Made by a program: the position numbers and the translations under genes. Below, in pieces: positions 10,767 through 21,771 of a DNA stretch of 64,000 nucleotides (the stretch's first letter is position 1; each line of letters starts with the position of its first letter). This DNA is from an uncultured Actinomycetes bacterium (GTDB lineage: Bacteria; Actinomycetota; UBA4738; JBBDTT01), in the NCBI GenBank assembly GCA_963742735.1, contig CAVUMN010000003.1:288001-352000 (forward strand), written 5' to 3'. The notes under the pieces were generated by a model. The model did not search any database, was not told where the DNA came from, and saw only the letters and a program-made list of their open reading frames with translations.

Positions 10767-11125
10767 CCGCGCCGGCGCCGGCGCCATCGGCGGGGGCATC
10801 CCCGACCGGCTGGGCGAGCCCGAGGCCCGCGACGCACGCCGGCGTCACCCCAGCACGATCGCCGCGGGCGACCTGGAGGGTCGCCGCGACCCCCTCGGCA
10901 AGATGGCCCTGTTCTCGGCGGAGGCGAACGGTCGCCCGTTCGGGACCCTGTTCATCGAATGCTCGGACTGTGGCCGGGAGACGCCGGTCTCCGCGCTCGA
11001 GGCGGCGAAGGTCCGCGCTCCCGCCGTCGCTGCACCTGCCCTTCGTCCGCCGGTACCACTCCCTGATGCGCTGTCCGTCGTGCGGACGGCGAACGTGGGT
11101 CCGGCTGCGCTGGACCCTGGGATAA
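10763..11125 (+). CDS. small zinc-ribbon protein (CxxC...CxxC), frameshifted
   Basis: DPLGKMALFS, ECSDC and RCPSCGRRTW; GTGA overlap with parA stop. Confidence 0.55.
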   Translation: MTAPAPAPSAGASPTGWASPRPATHAGVTPARSPRATWRVAATPSARWPCSRRRRTVARSGPCSSNARTVAGRRRSPRSRRRRSALPPSLHLPFVRRYHSLMRCPSCGRRTWVRLRWTLG

Positions 11126-11162
11126 CCGGGAAACTCGGTCCCCGCTGTTACGCTGCAGCGCC

Positions 11163-11886
11163 GTGGCGAACGAGCGCAGGCCCGTCGCGCGTCCTGGCGG
11201 CCTTCGCGCACCCGGACGACGCCGAGTTCACCTTCGGCGGCACGGTCGCGGGCTGGACGGCCCGCGGGCGGAGGTCACCTACGTCTGCGTCACGGACGGG
11301 TCGGCGGGACAGAACGAGCCGGGCTGGACGCGCGAGGCGATCGCCGAGGTCCGCCAGAAGGAGCAGCGCGAGGCGGCGGCGATCCTCGGCGTGGCGGACG
11401 TGGTGTTCCTCGGCTACCCGACGGCTACCTGGAGGTGACGCTCGACCTGCGCCGGGACCTGACCCGCGAGGTCCGCCGGTTCCGCCCCGAGCTGCATCGT
11501 CGCCCCCGATCCCTCGACCTGTGGAGGTCGTTCCCGCTACATCAACCACCCCGACCACCGGGCCGTGGGCGAGGCGATGCTGGCCGTGATCAACCCCGAC
11601 GCCCCCAGCCGCCCGCAGTTCCCCGAGCTCCTCGACCAGGGCTTCGAGCCGTTCGAGGTGCCCGAGCTGTGGCTGCCCTCGTTCGGGAGGGGACCGAGAT
11701 GCCGACGAGGTCGTCGACATCGGCGCGACCCATCGACAAGAAGATCGCGGCGCTCCGCGCGCACGCCAGCCAGCTGAAGAACATGGGCGTCGACGACATC
11801 GGGCCCGAGGTGCGCGAGCGCGCCGCGAAGCTCGCCGAGGGCCGGGACTTCGAGTTCGGGGAGGCGTTCAAGCGTGTTCCAGCTGA
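11163..11886 (+). pseudogene. PIG-L/LmbE family deacetylase, frameshifted; end approximate
   Basis: AHPDDAEF, HPDH, ALRAHASQ, EAF motifs. Confidence 0.8.
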
Positions 11887-11954
11887 GGGAGCCGTCGCCG
11901 AGGGCGCGTACGATGGAGCGCCGATGCGGGCAGCGCCAGGTTCCAGGAGGAGAG

Positions 11955-12469
11955 ATGGACGAGAACGACCGGATCGAGGAGCCGACGCCGCTCGAGCCCG
12001 AGGAGCGCGAGAGCGTCGAGTCCGACCTCGAGGACGTCGACTCCATGCGCGGCGTCTTCGAGGCTCAAGGCATCCGCGGCGTCGTCATCGCCTGTCCCGA
12101 CTGCGGCTCGGATCACTACTACGCCTGGGACCTGCTGAAGGAGAGCCTCCAGCACATGCTCGACACCGGCGAGCCGCGGATGCACGAGCCGGCGTTCGAG
12201 CCCCGCGAGGACGAGTACGTCCTGTGGGACTACGGCAAGGGCTACGTCGACGCGCTGGCGGACGCCGGCCTCGAGGAGGGCCCCGCGGTCGAGCTCCACG
12301 CCTGCGCCTGGTGCGACGCCCCGGTCGAGTCCCACTTCGGGTTCTGCCCGAAGTGCGGCCGTCCCCTCGCCGCGATCCGCCTCTACCAGGAGCTGCTGTC
12401 CCGGGGGATGGAGGACCGCGAGGCTCGGGCGCTGCTCGTTCAAGCGCGGGCTTCGAGCCCTTCGCCTGA
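11955..12469 (+). CDS. DUF5319-like protein with C-terminal zinc ribbon (frameshift near 3' end)
   Basis: GIRGVVIACPDCGSDHYYAWDLL...HEPAFEPREDEYVLWDYGKGY; AGGAGG RBS. Confidence 0.75.
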
Positions 12470-12545
12470 GCTCCCAAACCGTTTCGCTCGGCCTGCCTCG
12501 GCGGGAACAACAGACCCAGCGTTCCAATCCAAAGAGGAGGATCAG

Positions 12546-12689
12546 ATGCCGTACGTCGAGCGAGAGCCCGTCATCGAGCCCGAGGGTGACAGCGCGACCG
12601 GGTTCGCCGCCATCAAGTACACGGCGATCGTGATCATCGTGATGGCCCTCATCGCCTTCATGGTGTGGGCGATCGGGCAGTTCACCTAA
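12546..12689 (+). CDS. small membrane protein (47 aa)
   Basis: GAGGAGG RBS; one TM helix. Confidence 0.7.
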   Translation: MPYVEREPVIEPEGDSATGFAAIKYTAIVIIVMALIAFMVWAIGQFT

Positions 12690-12707
12690 GCGGTCGTCGA
12701 GTTCCCT

Positions 12708-12740
12708 GAAGCCCCGTCCGGTGATGCCGGGCGGGGCTTC
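12708..12740. terminator. hairpin between convergent genes
   Basis: GAAGCCCCGTCCGG-TGATG-CCGGGCGGGGCTTC. Confidence 0.75.
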
Positions 12741-12748
12741 GTCGTTCC

Positions 12749-15303
12749 TTAGGCCGGCGCCGGGGGCTCCAGCAGGCAGTCCTCGGGAACCTTGTCCGGG
12801 CGCAGGCCCTTGAACGACGGGGCCCGGAGCTTCCCGGCCTTCGTCTGCTGCAGGTACTCGACCTCGGCGACCAGCTCCGGCCGGACCCAGTGGGCGGCCT
12901 TGAGCTTGCGCAGCCCGGCATCGTCGATCGCCGGCGCGTCGGTCTCGATGGGCCGGAGCCGCTCGAGCAGGTCGTCGAGCATCCGGTCGGTGAACCCCGT
13001 GCCGACCTGGCCGACCCATCGAAGCTTCCCCTGGTGATACGCCCCTACCAGCAGTGCGCCGAACTTCGAGGCCCTCCCGCCGGTGCCCGGCGTCCACCCG
13101 AGGATCACGCAGTCCTGGCGGTTGAGGATCTTGACCTTCCGCCAGTTCGATGAGCGCTTCCCGGGCATGTAGGTCGAGGTCTTGAGCTTCGCCAGGATGC
13201 CCTCGATGCCGAGCTCCTTGCAGGCCTGGTAGAACGCGTCGCCGTCCTCGTCCACGTAGATGGTCAGCTGAATGGGCGGGACCTGGGTGACGATCTCCTC
13301 GAGCCGCTCCCGGCGCTCGGTGAGGGGGCGCGAGGTGAGGTCCTGGCCGTCGAACCACAGCAGGTCGAACGCGAACAGCGTCACCGGCAGCTTGCGGCGG
13401 ACCTTGTCGATCTCCTTGTCGTTGGTGAGGTTCATCCGCTGCTGCAACATCTCGAACGAGGGCTTACCGTCCGAATCGAACGCGACGATCTCGCCGTCGA
13501 TCACGGCGGAGGCCGCGTTGACCTTCTCCGCCAGGCGGCTCAGCTCCGGGTAGCTCCTCGTCTGGTCGCGCCCGATCGCGAGATCAGCCGGGTCGCGTCG
13601 GTGCTCACGTAGGCCAGGGTGCGAATGCCGTCGAGCTTCGGCTCGAATCGCCACTTCGGATCGCTGAACGCCTCCTTCGCCGCCTCGGCGAGCATCGGGA
13701 GCAACGCCGGCGGGGGATCGGGCTGTTCGGCGACGGAGGCCTTCGCCAGCAGGATCAACCAGTCGCGGTTGGTCTTCACCAGGTGCCACTCGCCCCGATG
13801 GCGTTCGCCATGCAGGCGGAAGCTCACCTTCTTGTCGGTCCACTCGAGGAGGTCGTACGTCCCCCGGTCGTAGATCCGTACCTCGCCGGCCCCGTAATGC
13901 CCCTCGGGGATCCACCCCTCGAACGCGTTGTATTCCATGGGATGGTCCTCGGTCTGGACCGCCATGTGGCGGACCCCCGAGGTCAGCGGGAGTCCCTTGG
14001 GCACCGCCCACGAGACCATCACGCCGTCGCGCTCCAGTCGCAGGTCGTAGTGCAGGCGGGTCGCGTTGTGCTTCTGGATGACGAACTCGTTGCCCTGCGG
14101 GCTTGCGTCTCCGCCGGCCGGCTCCGGCGTCTCGACGAAGTCCCGCATCGACAGGTACTCGCGCAGCTTCGGGTCCTTCGAGCGGGCGATCGTCTCATCG
14201 TCCTTCGTCCGCCCGGCGGTGGGGGCGACGGTCCGGCGCCGGCGCTTGGGCTTCGTCGGGGCGGCCGGCTCGGGACCCACGCGCACGGATCGGGTCGGCG
14301 GCGGAGCCTCCTCCACCGGCACCCCCATCGTCTCCAGCGCCGCGTCGATGTTCACCGGCGTCTCGAGGACGTCCCGGAAGAGGTCCCCGACCTTCGCCAG
14401 CCGGTCGTGGATCGTCACGATGGTGAAGTCCTGCGGCCGGATGTCGCCCTCGGCGACCTCCTCCCAGGTGACCGGCGTGGAGACCGACGCGCCCGGCTCC
14501 GGACGGACCGAATAGACGGCGGCGATGTTCGCGCCCGAGCGGTTCATGTTGTGGTCGATGAACACCTTGCCCGTGCGCTTCCTCACCTCCCACACCATGG
14601 TCACGCGCTCGGGGTCGGCCTTGTTGATGTAGCGCCCCACCGCGCCGACGAACGCTCGGGTCTGCTCGTGGGTGTACTTCGGCTCGATCGGCACGTAGAT
14701 CTGCATGCCGGTCGCCCCCGACAGCTTCGGGTAGCTGGGAAGCTGCAGGCGGTCGAGCGCCACCTTCACGTGCTGCGCGACGGCCAGGACGTACTCGAAC
14801 GGCGCGTCCATCGGGTCGAGGTCGAAGAACAGGTAGTCGGGGTGTTCGATCCGGCCGCACCGGGCGTGGAGCGGATGGAACTCGATGCAGCCCAGGTTCG
14901 CGACGTGCAGCAGCGCGGCCGCGTCCTCGACCATCAGGTAGTCGATCAGCTTCTTCTCGTTGTCCGAGTCGACCTCGCACCGCGGGATCCAGTCGGGCGT
15001 CTTCTGGGGGGCGCTCTTCTCGTAGAAGTAGGGGCCCTCGATGCCGTCCGGCATCCGCTTCATGGTCAGGGGCCGTTCCCGCAGGTACGGCAGGATCGTC
15101 TCCGCCAGGTTCCAGTAGTAGGCGACCAGGTCGCCCTTGGTGTAGCCCTCCTGGGGCCAGAACACCTTCCCCAGGTTGGACAGGCGGACCTCTCGCTCGC
15201 CGGCCTCGGCCCACCAGTGCTCCCCGTCGAAGGAGGCCTCCAGCGGGCGGGGGACGTCGACCGTGAACGCGACCTCGACCTTTTTCGTTCGCGCGCGCGC
15301 CAC
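12749..15303 (-). CDS. ligD: NHEJ DNA ligase D (polymerase - phosphoesterase - ligase), one frameshift near 13575
   Basis: YTKGDLVAYY, FDLDP, FVIQKHNATRLHYDLRLE, EPKLDGIR, DGEIV, EGILAK, LRAPSFKGLRPDK. Confidence 0.92.
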
Positions 15304-15429
15304 CCGGCGATCGTACCCATCGGGGCAGGTGCGAGCCCCGGGCCATTGGGGTAGGTATCTCCACACCAGCAAACGAAGCGGACGTAGAATTCGCTCCCCC
15401 GTCACGCGGGGTTCCCAGGAGGTGCCACC

Positions 15430-16266
15430 ATGCCGAGGACGATGTGGAAGGGCGCGATCTCCTTCGGGCTCGTCTCGATCCCGGTCAAGATGTACCCGGC
15501 CACCGAGGAGAAGTCCCTGTCCTTCAACCAGCTGCACGACGAGGACCACGGCCGGATCCGCTACAAGCGCGTGTGCGAGAAGGACGGCGAGGAGGTCTCC
15601 TTCGAGCACATCGTGAAGGGCTACGAGGTCGAGAAGGGCACCTACGTGGTGCTCGAGGACGAGGACCTCGACAAGGTTCCCGTGGAGTCCACCCGCGCCA
15701 TCGACATCCTGCAGTTCGTCGACATCGACGAGATCGACCCCATCTACTACAAGAAGACGTACTACCTGATCCCCGAGGAGACCGGCGTGAAGCCGTACGC
15801 GCTGCTGCGGGAGGCGCTCGGCGAGAACGGCAAGGTCGGCGTGGCCAAGGTGGCCTTCCGCGAGAAGGAGCACCTGTGCGCGCTCCGGATCAAGGACAAA
15901 GCCTTCGTCCTGGAGACGATGTACTGGCCCGACGAGATCCGCCCCGCGGAGTTCGAGGAGCTCGACAAGGCCCCGAAGGTCCGCGACCAGGAGCTGAAGA
16001 TGGCCCAGAGCCTCATCGATTCCCTCACCGACGAGTGGCACCCCGAGGAGTACAAGGACGAGTACCGGGAGGCCCTGCTGGACATCGTCGAGAAGAAGGT
16101 CGCCGGCGAGGAGATCGAAGTCGTCGAGGAGGCCGAGCCCACCAAGGTCGCCGACCTCATGGAGGCCCTCAAGGCGAGCGTCGAGGCCGCCAGGGCGGGC
16201 AAGAAGCAGGCGCCCCGCAAGGCGAAGAAGCCGGCCGCGAAGCGCGCGGCCAAGAAGGCCTCCTAG
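15430..16266 (+). CDS. ku: NHEJ DNA end-binding protein Ku
   Basis: WKGAISFGLVSIPVK, IVKGYE, DLMEALKASV, basic tail. Confidence 0.97.
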   Translation: MPRTMWKGAISFGLVSIPVKMYPATEEKSLSFNQLHDEDHGRIRYKRVCEKDGEEVSFEHIVKGYEVEKGTYVVLEDEDLDKVPVESTRAIDILQFVDIDEIDPIYYKKTYYLIPEETGVKPYALLREALGENGKVGVAKVAFREKEHLCALRIKDKAFVLETMYWPDEIRPAEFEELDKAPKVRDQELKMAQSLIDSLTDEWHPEEYKDEYREALLDIVEKKVAGEEIEVVEEAEPTKVADLMEALKASVEAARAGKKQAPRKAKKPAAKRAAKKAS

Positions 16267-16285
16267 CGGGCCCGGTCGCGCGCCG

Positions 16286-16951
16286 ATGGAGCTGCCCGTC
16301 GTCCGGCTCGGTCCGCGCGATCCGTTTCCGCTCGCGTCGCTGTACCTCGTGGAGCACCGCGGGATCCTCAGCCTGGTCGACACCGGCACGCGGGGCACCG
16401 GCGCCCGGGTGCTCAAGGCGATCGAGAAGCTCGGACGCAAGCCCGAGGACCTGCGCCAGATCGTCCTGTCCCACGCGCACGGCGACCACTCGGGAGACGC
16501 CAAGTCCATCCGTGACGCCACCGGCGCGACGATCGTGGTCGGCGAGCGAGACGCACCGGTGATGACCGGCGACGCGCCGTACCCCTACCCGCGGTTGGGG
16601 ATGCAGGTGCTCTACGGTCACCTGGCCAAGTTCGAGCGGTTCCGGCCCGACGTGCTGATCTCCGACCGGACCGAGCTGGAGGGCGGTCTGGTCGCGATCC
16701 CCGCGCCCGGACACACCGACGGCCACATCGCGGTGTGGGCGCCGGATCACCAGGCGCTCTTCGTCGCCGACGCCGTGTGGCACCTCGGGCCGCTCGCGAG
16801 GTCGTGGAAACCCTTCACCTCGGACCCTGAAGCCAACGCCGATACCGTTCGCCGCCTCGCGGACGAGCCGGCGGAGCAGCTGTTCTTCGGCCACGGCCCC
16901 GCCGTCCGCAGGAACGGCCGCGACCGTCTCCGCAAGCTCGGCCGGCCGTAA
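16286..16951 (+). CDS. MBL-fold metallo-hydrolase
   Basis: SHAHGDHSG, PGHTDGH, GHG. Confidence 0.9.
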   Translation: MELPVVRLGPRDPFPLASLYLVEHRGILSLVDTGTRGTGARVLKAIEKLGRKPEDLRQIVLSHAHGDHSGDAKSIRDATGATIVVGERDAPVMTGDAPYPYPRLGMQVLYGHLAKFERFRPDVLISDRTELEGGLVAIPAPGHTDGHIAVWAPDHQALFVADAVWHLGPLARSWKPFTSDPEANADTVRRLADEPAEQLFFGHGPAVRRNGRDRLRKLGRP

Positions 16952-16985
16952 CGACCGGACCCGCATCGCGGATATCCTGCGGCTC

Positions 16986-18065
16986 GTGACCGAACCCTGG
17001 CAGGAACCCGTTCGGGGCGGGTATCCGAACCCGGTCCTGTTCGGTCTGTCCGGCGAGGAGCAGCTCAAGGGGTTCTTCAAGGGATGGGGGCCGCGTCCGC
17101 CCATCTCGCACCTGATGGGACACATCCTCACCGACGTCTCCCGCGGGCTGGTCACCTTCACCCAGCAGACCTCCCCGTGGCTGCAAGTCCCGGCGGGACA
17201 CATCTCCCTCGGGACGCTCGCGGCCCTCGCCGACGCCCCGCTGGGGTGCGCCGTCCAGTCGGGACTCCCCGCGTTCACCGCGTACACGACCGCCGAGCTT
17301 TCGATGAACTACGTGCGCCCTCCGGCGGTCGACGGCGAGGACCTGGTGGCGACGGGGAGCCTGATCCACGGCGGCCGGTCGCTCGCCCTGTCGGACGTCG
17401 TCATCCAGGACTCCGCCGGCAAGCTGATCGCCCACGGCACGTCGCGCTGCGTCGTGTTCGATCCGATGGGTCCGCCGCCGGACGAACCGCCGGTCGTCGA
17501 GCCGGTCGAAGAGGTCGCCCACGACACGCCCGATCCGTACGAACGCCGGCCGGCGCAGGGATTCGTCGTGCCCCAGGAGATGTGGGACGAGCACACGGGA
17601 CTCGAGATCCTGCGGATGATGATCGCCGGGGAGATCGACGGGCCGCCGATCAGCGCGTTGACGGGGATGCGGGTGACCGAGGCCGGCGACGGCACGTGCA
17701 CGTTCACCATGCCCGCCCACGAGCACCTGTGCAGCCCCCTCAGGACCATCCAGGGCGGGTCGATCGGGATGCTGGCCGACCACACCATGGTGTGCGCGGT
17801 GCAGACGACGGGGGCGGCCCGCACCGTCTACTTCCCGGTGGACCTGAAGATCAACTTCCTCCGGCCCGTGTTCCCCGACGGGGGCCTCCTCACGGCGCGA
17901 GCCAAGGTCCTGCACCGCGGCAAGAGCGTGGCCGTCGCCCAGTGCGAGGTCGCGAACGCCGAGGGCAAGCGGGTCGCGCTCGGGCTGGCCACCGTCCTGG
18001 TCCGAACCGACGCCCCGTGGCATCCGGTCGACGAGCGCCTCCAGGGGGAGCTCGCGCCGGGATGA
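16986..18065 (+). CDS. double-domain PaaI/hotdog thioesterase
   Basis: Two hotdog domains (ELSMNYVRP; DLKINFLRPV). Confidence 0.85.
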   Translation: MTEPWQEPVRGGYPNPVLFGLSGEEQLKGFFKGWGPRPPISHLMGHILTDVSRGLVTFTQQTSPWLQVPAGHISLGTLAALADAPLGCAVQSGLPAFTAYTTAELSMNYVRPPAVDGEDLVATGSLIHGGRSLALSDVVIQDSAGKLIAHGTSRCVVFDPMGPPPDEPPVVEPVEEVAHDTPDPYERRPAQGFVVPQEMWDEHTGLEILRMMIAGEIDGPPISALTGMRVTEAGDGTCTFTMPAHEHLCSPLRTIQGGSIGMLADHTMVCAVQTTGAARTVYFPVDLKINFLRPVFPDGGLLTARAKVLHRGKSVAVAQCEVANAEGKRVALGLATVLVRTDAPWHPVDERLQGELAPG

Positions 18066-19141
18066 TCCCCGAGGAGCCCGTCCGCGGCGCCTACCCCGAG
18101 CTCGAGCTCTTGGGGCTCAAGGGGTACGAGCAGATGGAGGTCTGGCTCGCCCGCAAGGGGCCCATCGCCCCGATCGGGCGGCTGGTGGGCGGGGAGATGG
18201 AGGAGTTCAACTTCGAGTCGGCCTCGTTCGTCATGCCGGCGTCGCCGTGGCTCCAGACCGCGGCGGGACCATTCCCGGGTGCCGCGGCGTTGCTGGTGGG
18301 CGACGTGGCGATGGGCTCGAGCGTCCTGGTGGCGATGCCGCCGGCGACGATCTTCGCGACGGCCCAGATCGCGATCAGCTTCGTCCGCCCCGCCACCGTC
18401 GAGAGCGTGGTGCTCCGGGCGCACAGCACGAAGATCCACGTCTCTCCGGCCCTCGCGCTGTCCGATCTCGTCGTCGAGGACTCCGCCGGCCGGCTGCTCG
18501 CGCACGGCTCGTCCCGCCAGGTGGTCTTCCCGCCGTTCGAGCCGGCCCCCACGCCCCTCGGGGAATGGCCTCCCACGCCGCCGAGCGAGCACGACACGCC
18601 CGACCCGTATCTACGGCCGGTCGAGGGCGAGGTCTGGCCCCAGGAGGCGTTCGACCGGCTGAGCGGGCTCGAGCAGATCCGCGCCTACATGTCCGGCGAG
18701 CTGCCGCCCTCGCCGATCGGCATCCTGACGGGCTGGGAAACCCTCCACGTCGAGGAGGGTCTGGTGCGGTGCTCGATCCCGGCCAGCGAGTGGTTCGCGT
18801 CGGCGTCCCGGAACGTCTACGGGGGTCTGCTGGCGGTCTTCGCCGACGGGACCCTGGTGAACGCCGTGGCCTCGACCATGCCCGCCGGTGCGAGCCTCGC
18901 CACCCTCGACCTGTCGATCAACTTCCTTCGGCCGGTCTTCCCCGACGGACGGCCCCTCCTCGCCGAGGCCCGCGTCGTGCACCGGGGAAAGAACATCGCC
19001 GTCGCGGACGTGCGCATCGACAACGCGGACGGCAAGACCGTCGTCCTGGCCAAGGAGACGGTCCTGGTGCTCGAGGGGCGTCCGTGGTCCGAGATCGTTC
19101 ACGCCCCCGCGGAGCTCCGCGCCCAGGACGCGAACGAGTGA
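18062..19141 (+). CDS. double-domain PaaI/hotdog thioesterase, paralog of upstream gene
   Basis: Shares EPVRGxYP, HDTPDPY and INFLRPVFPDG with the upstream gene. Confidence 0.85.
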   Translation: MIPEEPVRGAYPELELLGLKGYEQMEVWLARKGPIAPIGRLVGGEMEEFNFESASFVMPASPWLQTAAGPFPGAAALLVGDVAMGSSVLVAMPPATIFATAQIAISFVRPATVESVVLRAHSTKIHVSPALALSDLVVEDSAGRLLAHGSSRQVVFPPFEPAPTPLGEWPPTPPSEHDTPDPYLRPVEGEVWPQEAFDRLSGLEQIRAYMSGELPPSPIGILTGWETLHVEEGLVRCSIPASEWFASASRNVYGGLLAVFADGTLVNAVASTMPAGASLATLDLSINFLRPVFPDGRPLLAEARVVHRGKNIAVADVRIDNADGKTVVLAKETVLVLEGRPWSEIVHAPAELRAQDANE

Positions 19142-19974
19142 CCGAACGCCGCATCGAGGCCAACGGCCTGACGTTCCGGGTGCTCGAGGAGGGCGATCCC
19201 GCCGCGCCCCCGGTCCTGCTGCTCCACGGCTTCCCCGACGACGCCGAGATGTGGCGCCATCAGGTCCCCGCGCTCGTGGAGGCCGGGTACCGAACGATCG
19301 CTCCGGACCTGCGCGGCTTCGGGCAGAGCGACCGGCCGGACGACGTCGAGGCGTACGCCCTCCCCGCCCTGCTGGAGGACGTCCGGGGCTGGCTGGACGT
19401 CCTGGGGATCGACCGGGTCCGCCTGATCGTGCACGACTGGGGCGCGGTCGTCGGGTGGATCTTCGCCGCCGCCCACCCCGAGCGGGTCGAGCGGATGGCC
19501 GCGTTCTCGGTGGGCTACCAGCGGCGCCGGCCATCCGTCGAGGAGGCGGAGAAGTACTGGTACATCTTCCTGTTCCAGCTCCGCGGTTACGCCGAGCACG
19601 CGCTGTCCCGCCACGACTGGAAGCTCATGCGCGAGTGGCTCCGCGAGGGCCGCCCCGGCGAGTCTCCCGACCTGCGCCGCAGCCTGGAGTCGCTCGCCCG
19701 CCCGGGCGCGCTGACGGCCGGGCTCTCGTACTACCGGGCGATCGCCCAGCCCGAGGTGTTCATGGAGGACGAGATCCCCGTTCCGCCGGTCGAGTGCTCC
19801 GTCCTGGCGATGTGGGGGGAGCACGACCTGCTGCCCGAGTCGCGCATGACCGTGTCGCGGGAGAACGTGACCGGCCCGTGGCGCTACGAGCGCCTGGACG
19901 GCCTCGGCCACTGGATGATGCTCGAGGACCCCGCCCGCGTGAACGCGCTGCTCCTGGATTTCCTGGCGGGCTGA
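19138..19974 (+). CDS. alpha/beta hydrolase (epoxide hydrolase-like)
   Basis: LLHGFP, PDLRGFG, HDWG, GHW. Confidence 0.9.
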   Translation: MTERRIEANGLTFRVLEEGDPAAPPVLLLHGFPDDAEMWRHQVPALVEAGYRTIAPDLRGFGQSDRPDDVEAYALPALLEDVRGWLDVLGIDRVRLIVHDWGAVVGWIFAAAHPERVERMAAFSVGYQRRRPSVEEAEKYWYIFLFQLRGYAEHALSRHDWKLMREWLREGRPGESPDLRRSLESLARPGALTAGLSYYRAIAQPEVFMEDEIPVPPVECSVLAMWGEHDLLPESRMTVSRENVTGPWRYERLDGLGHWMMLEDPARVNALLLDFLAG

Positions 19975-19980
19975 CGGGCG

Positions 19981-20018
19981 TTTACGCAGGCGTAACACAT
20001 CGGAAATTCCACCGAAAC
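19981..20018 (+). promoter_or_regulatory. GlnR box
   Basis: TTTAC-n6-GTAAC-n6-GAAAT-n6-GAAAC with 11-bp period, upstream of amtB. Confidence 0.8.
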
Positions 20019-20060
20019 CTCCGCCCGTCAGCATGCGTGCATCGAGAAGGGGGAGGTGTG

Positions 20061-21742
<1,682 letters not shown>

Positions 21743-21771
21743 GTCGGAGAGCGAGACGGCAGCGGGCGGGC

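Noticed and set aside
13560-13590. programmed frameshift in ligD
   Set aside because: No slippery sequence is evident and it lies at the edge of the indel-rich region, so a sequencing error is more likely
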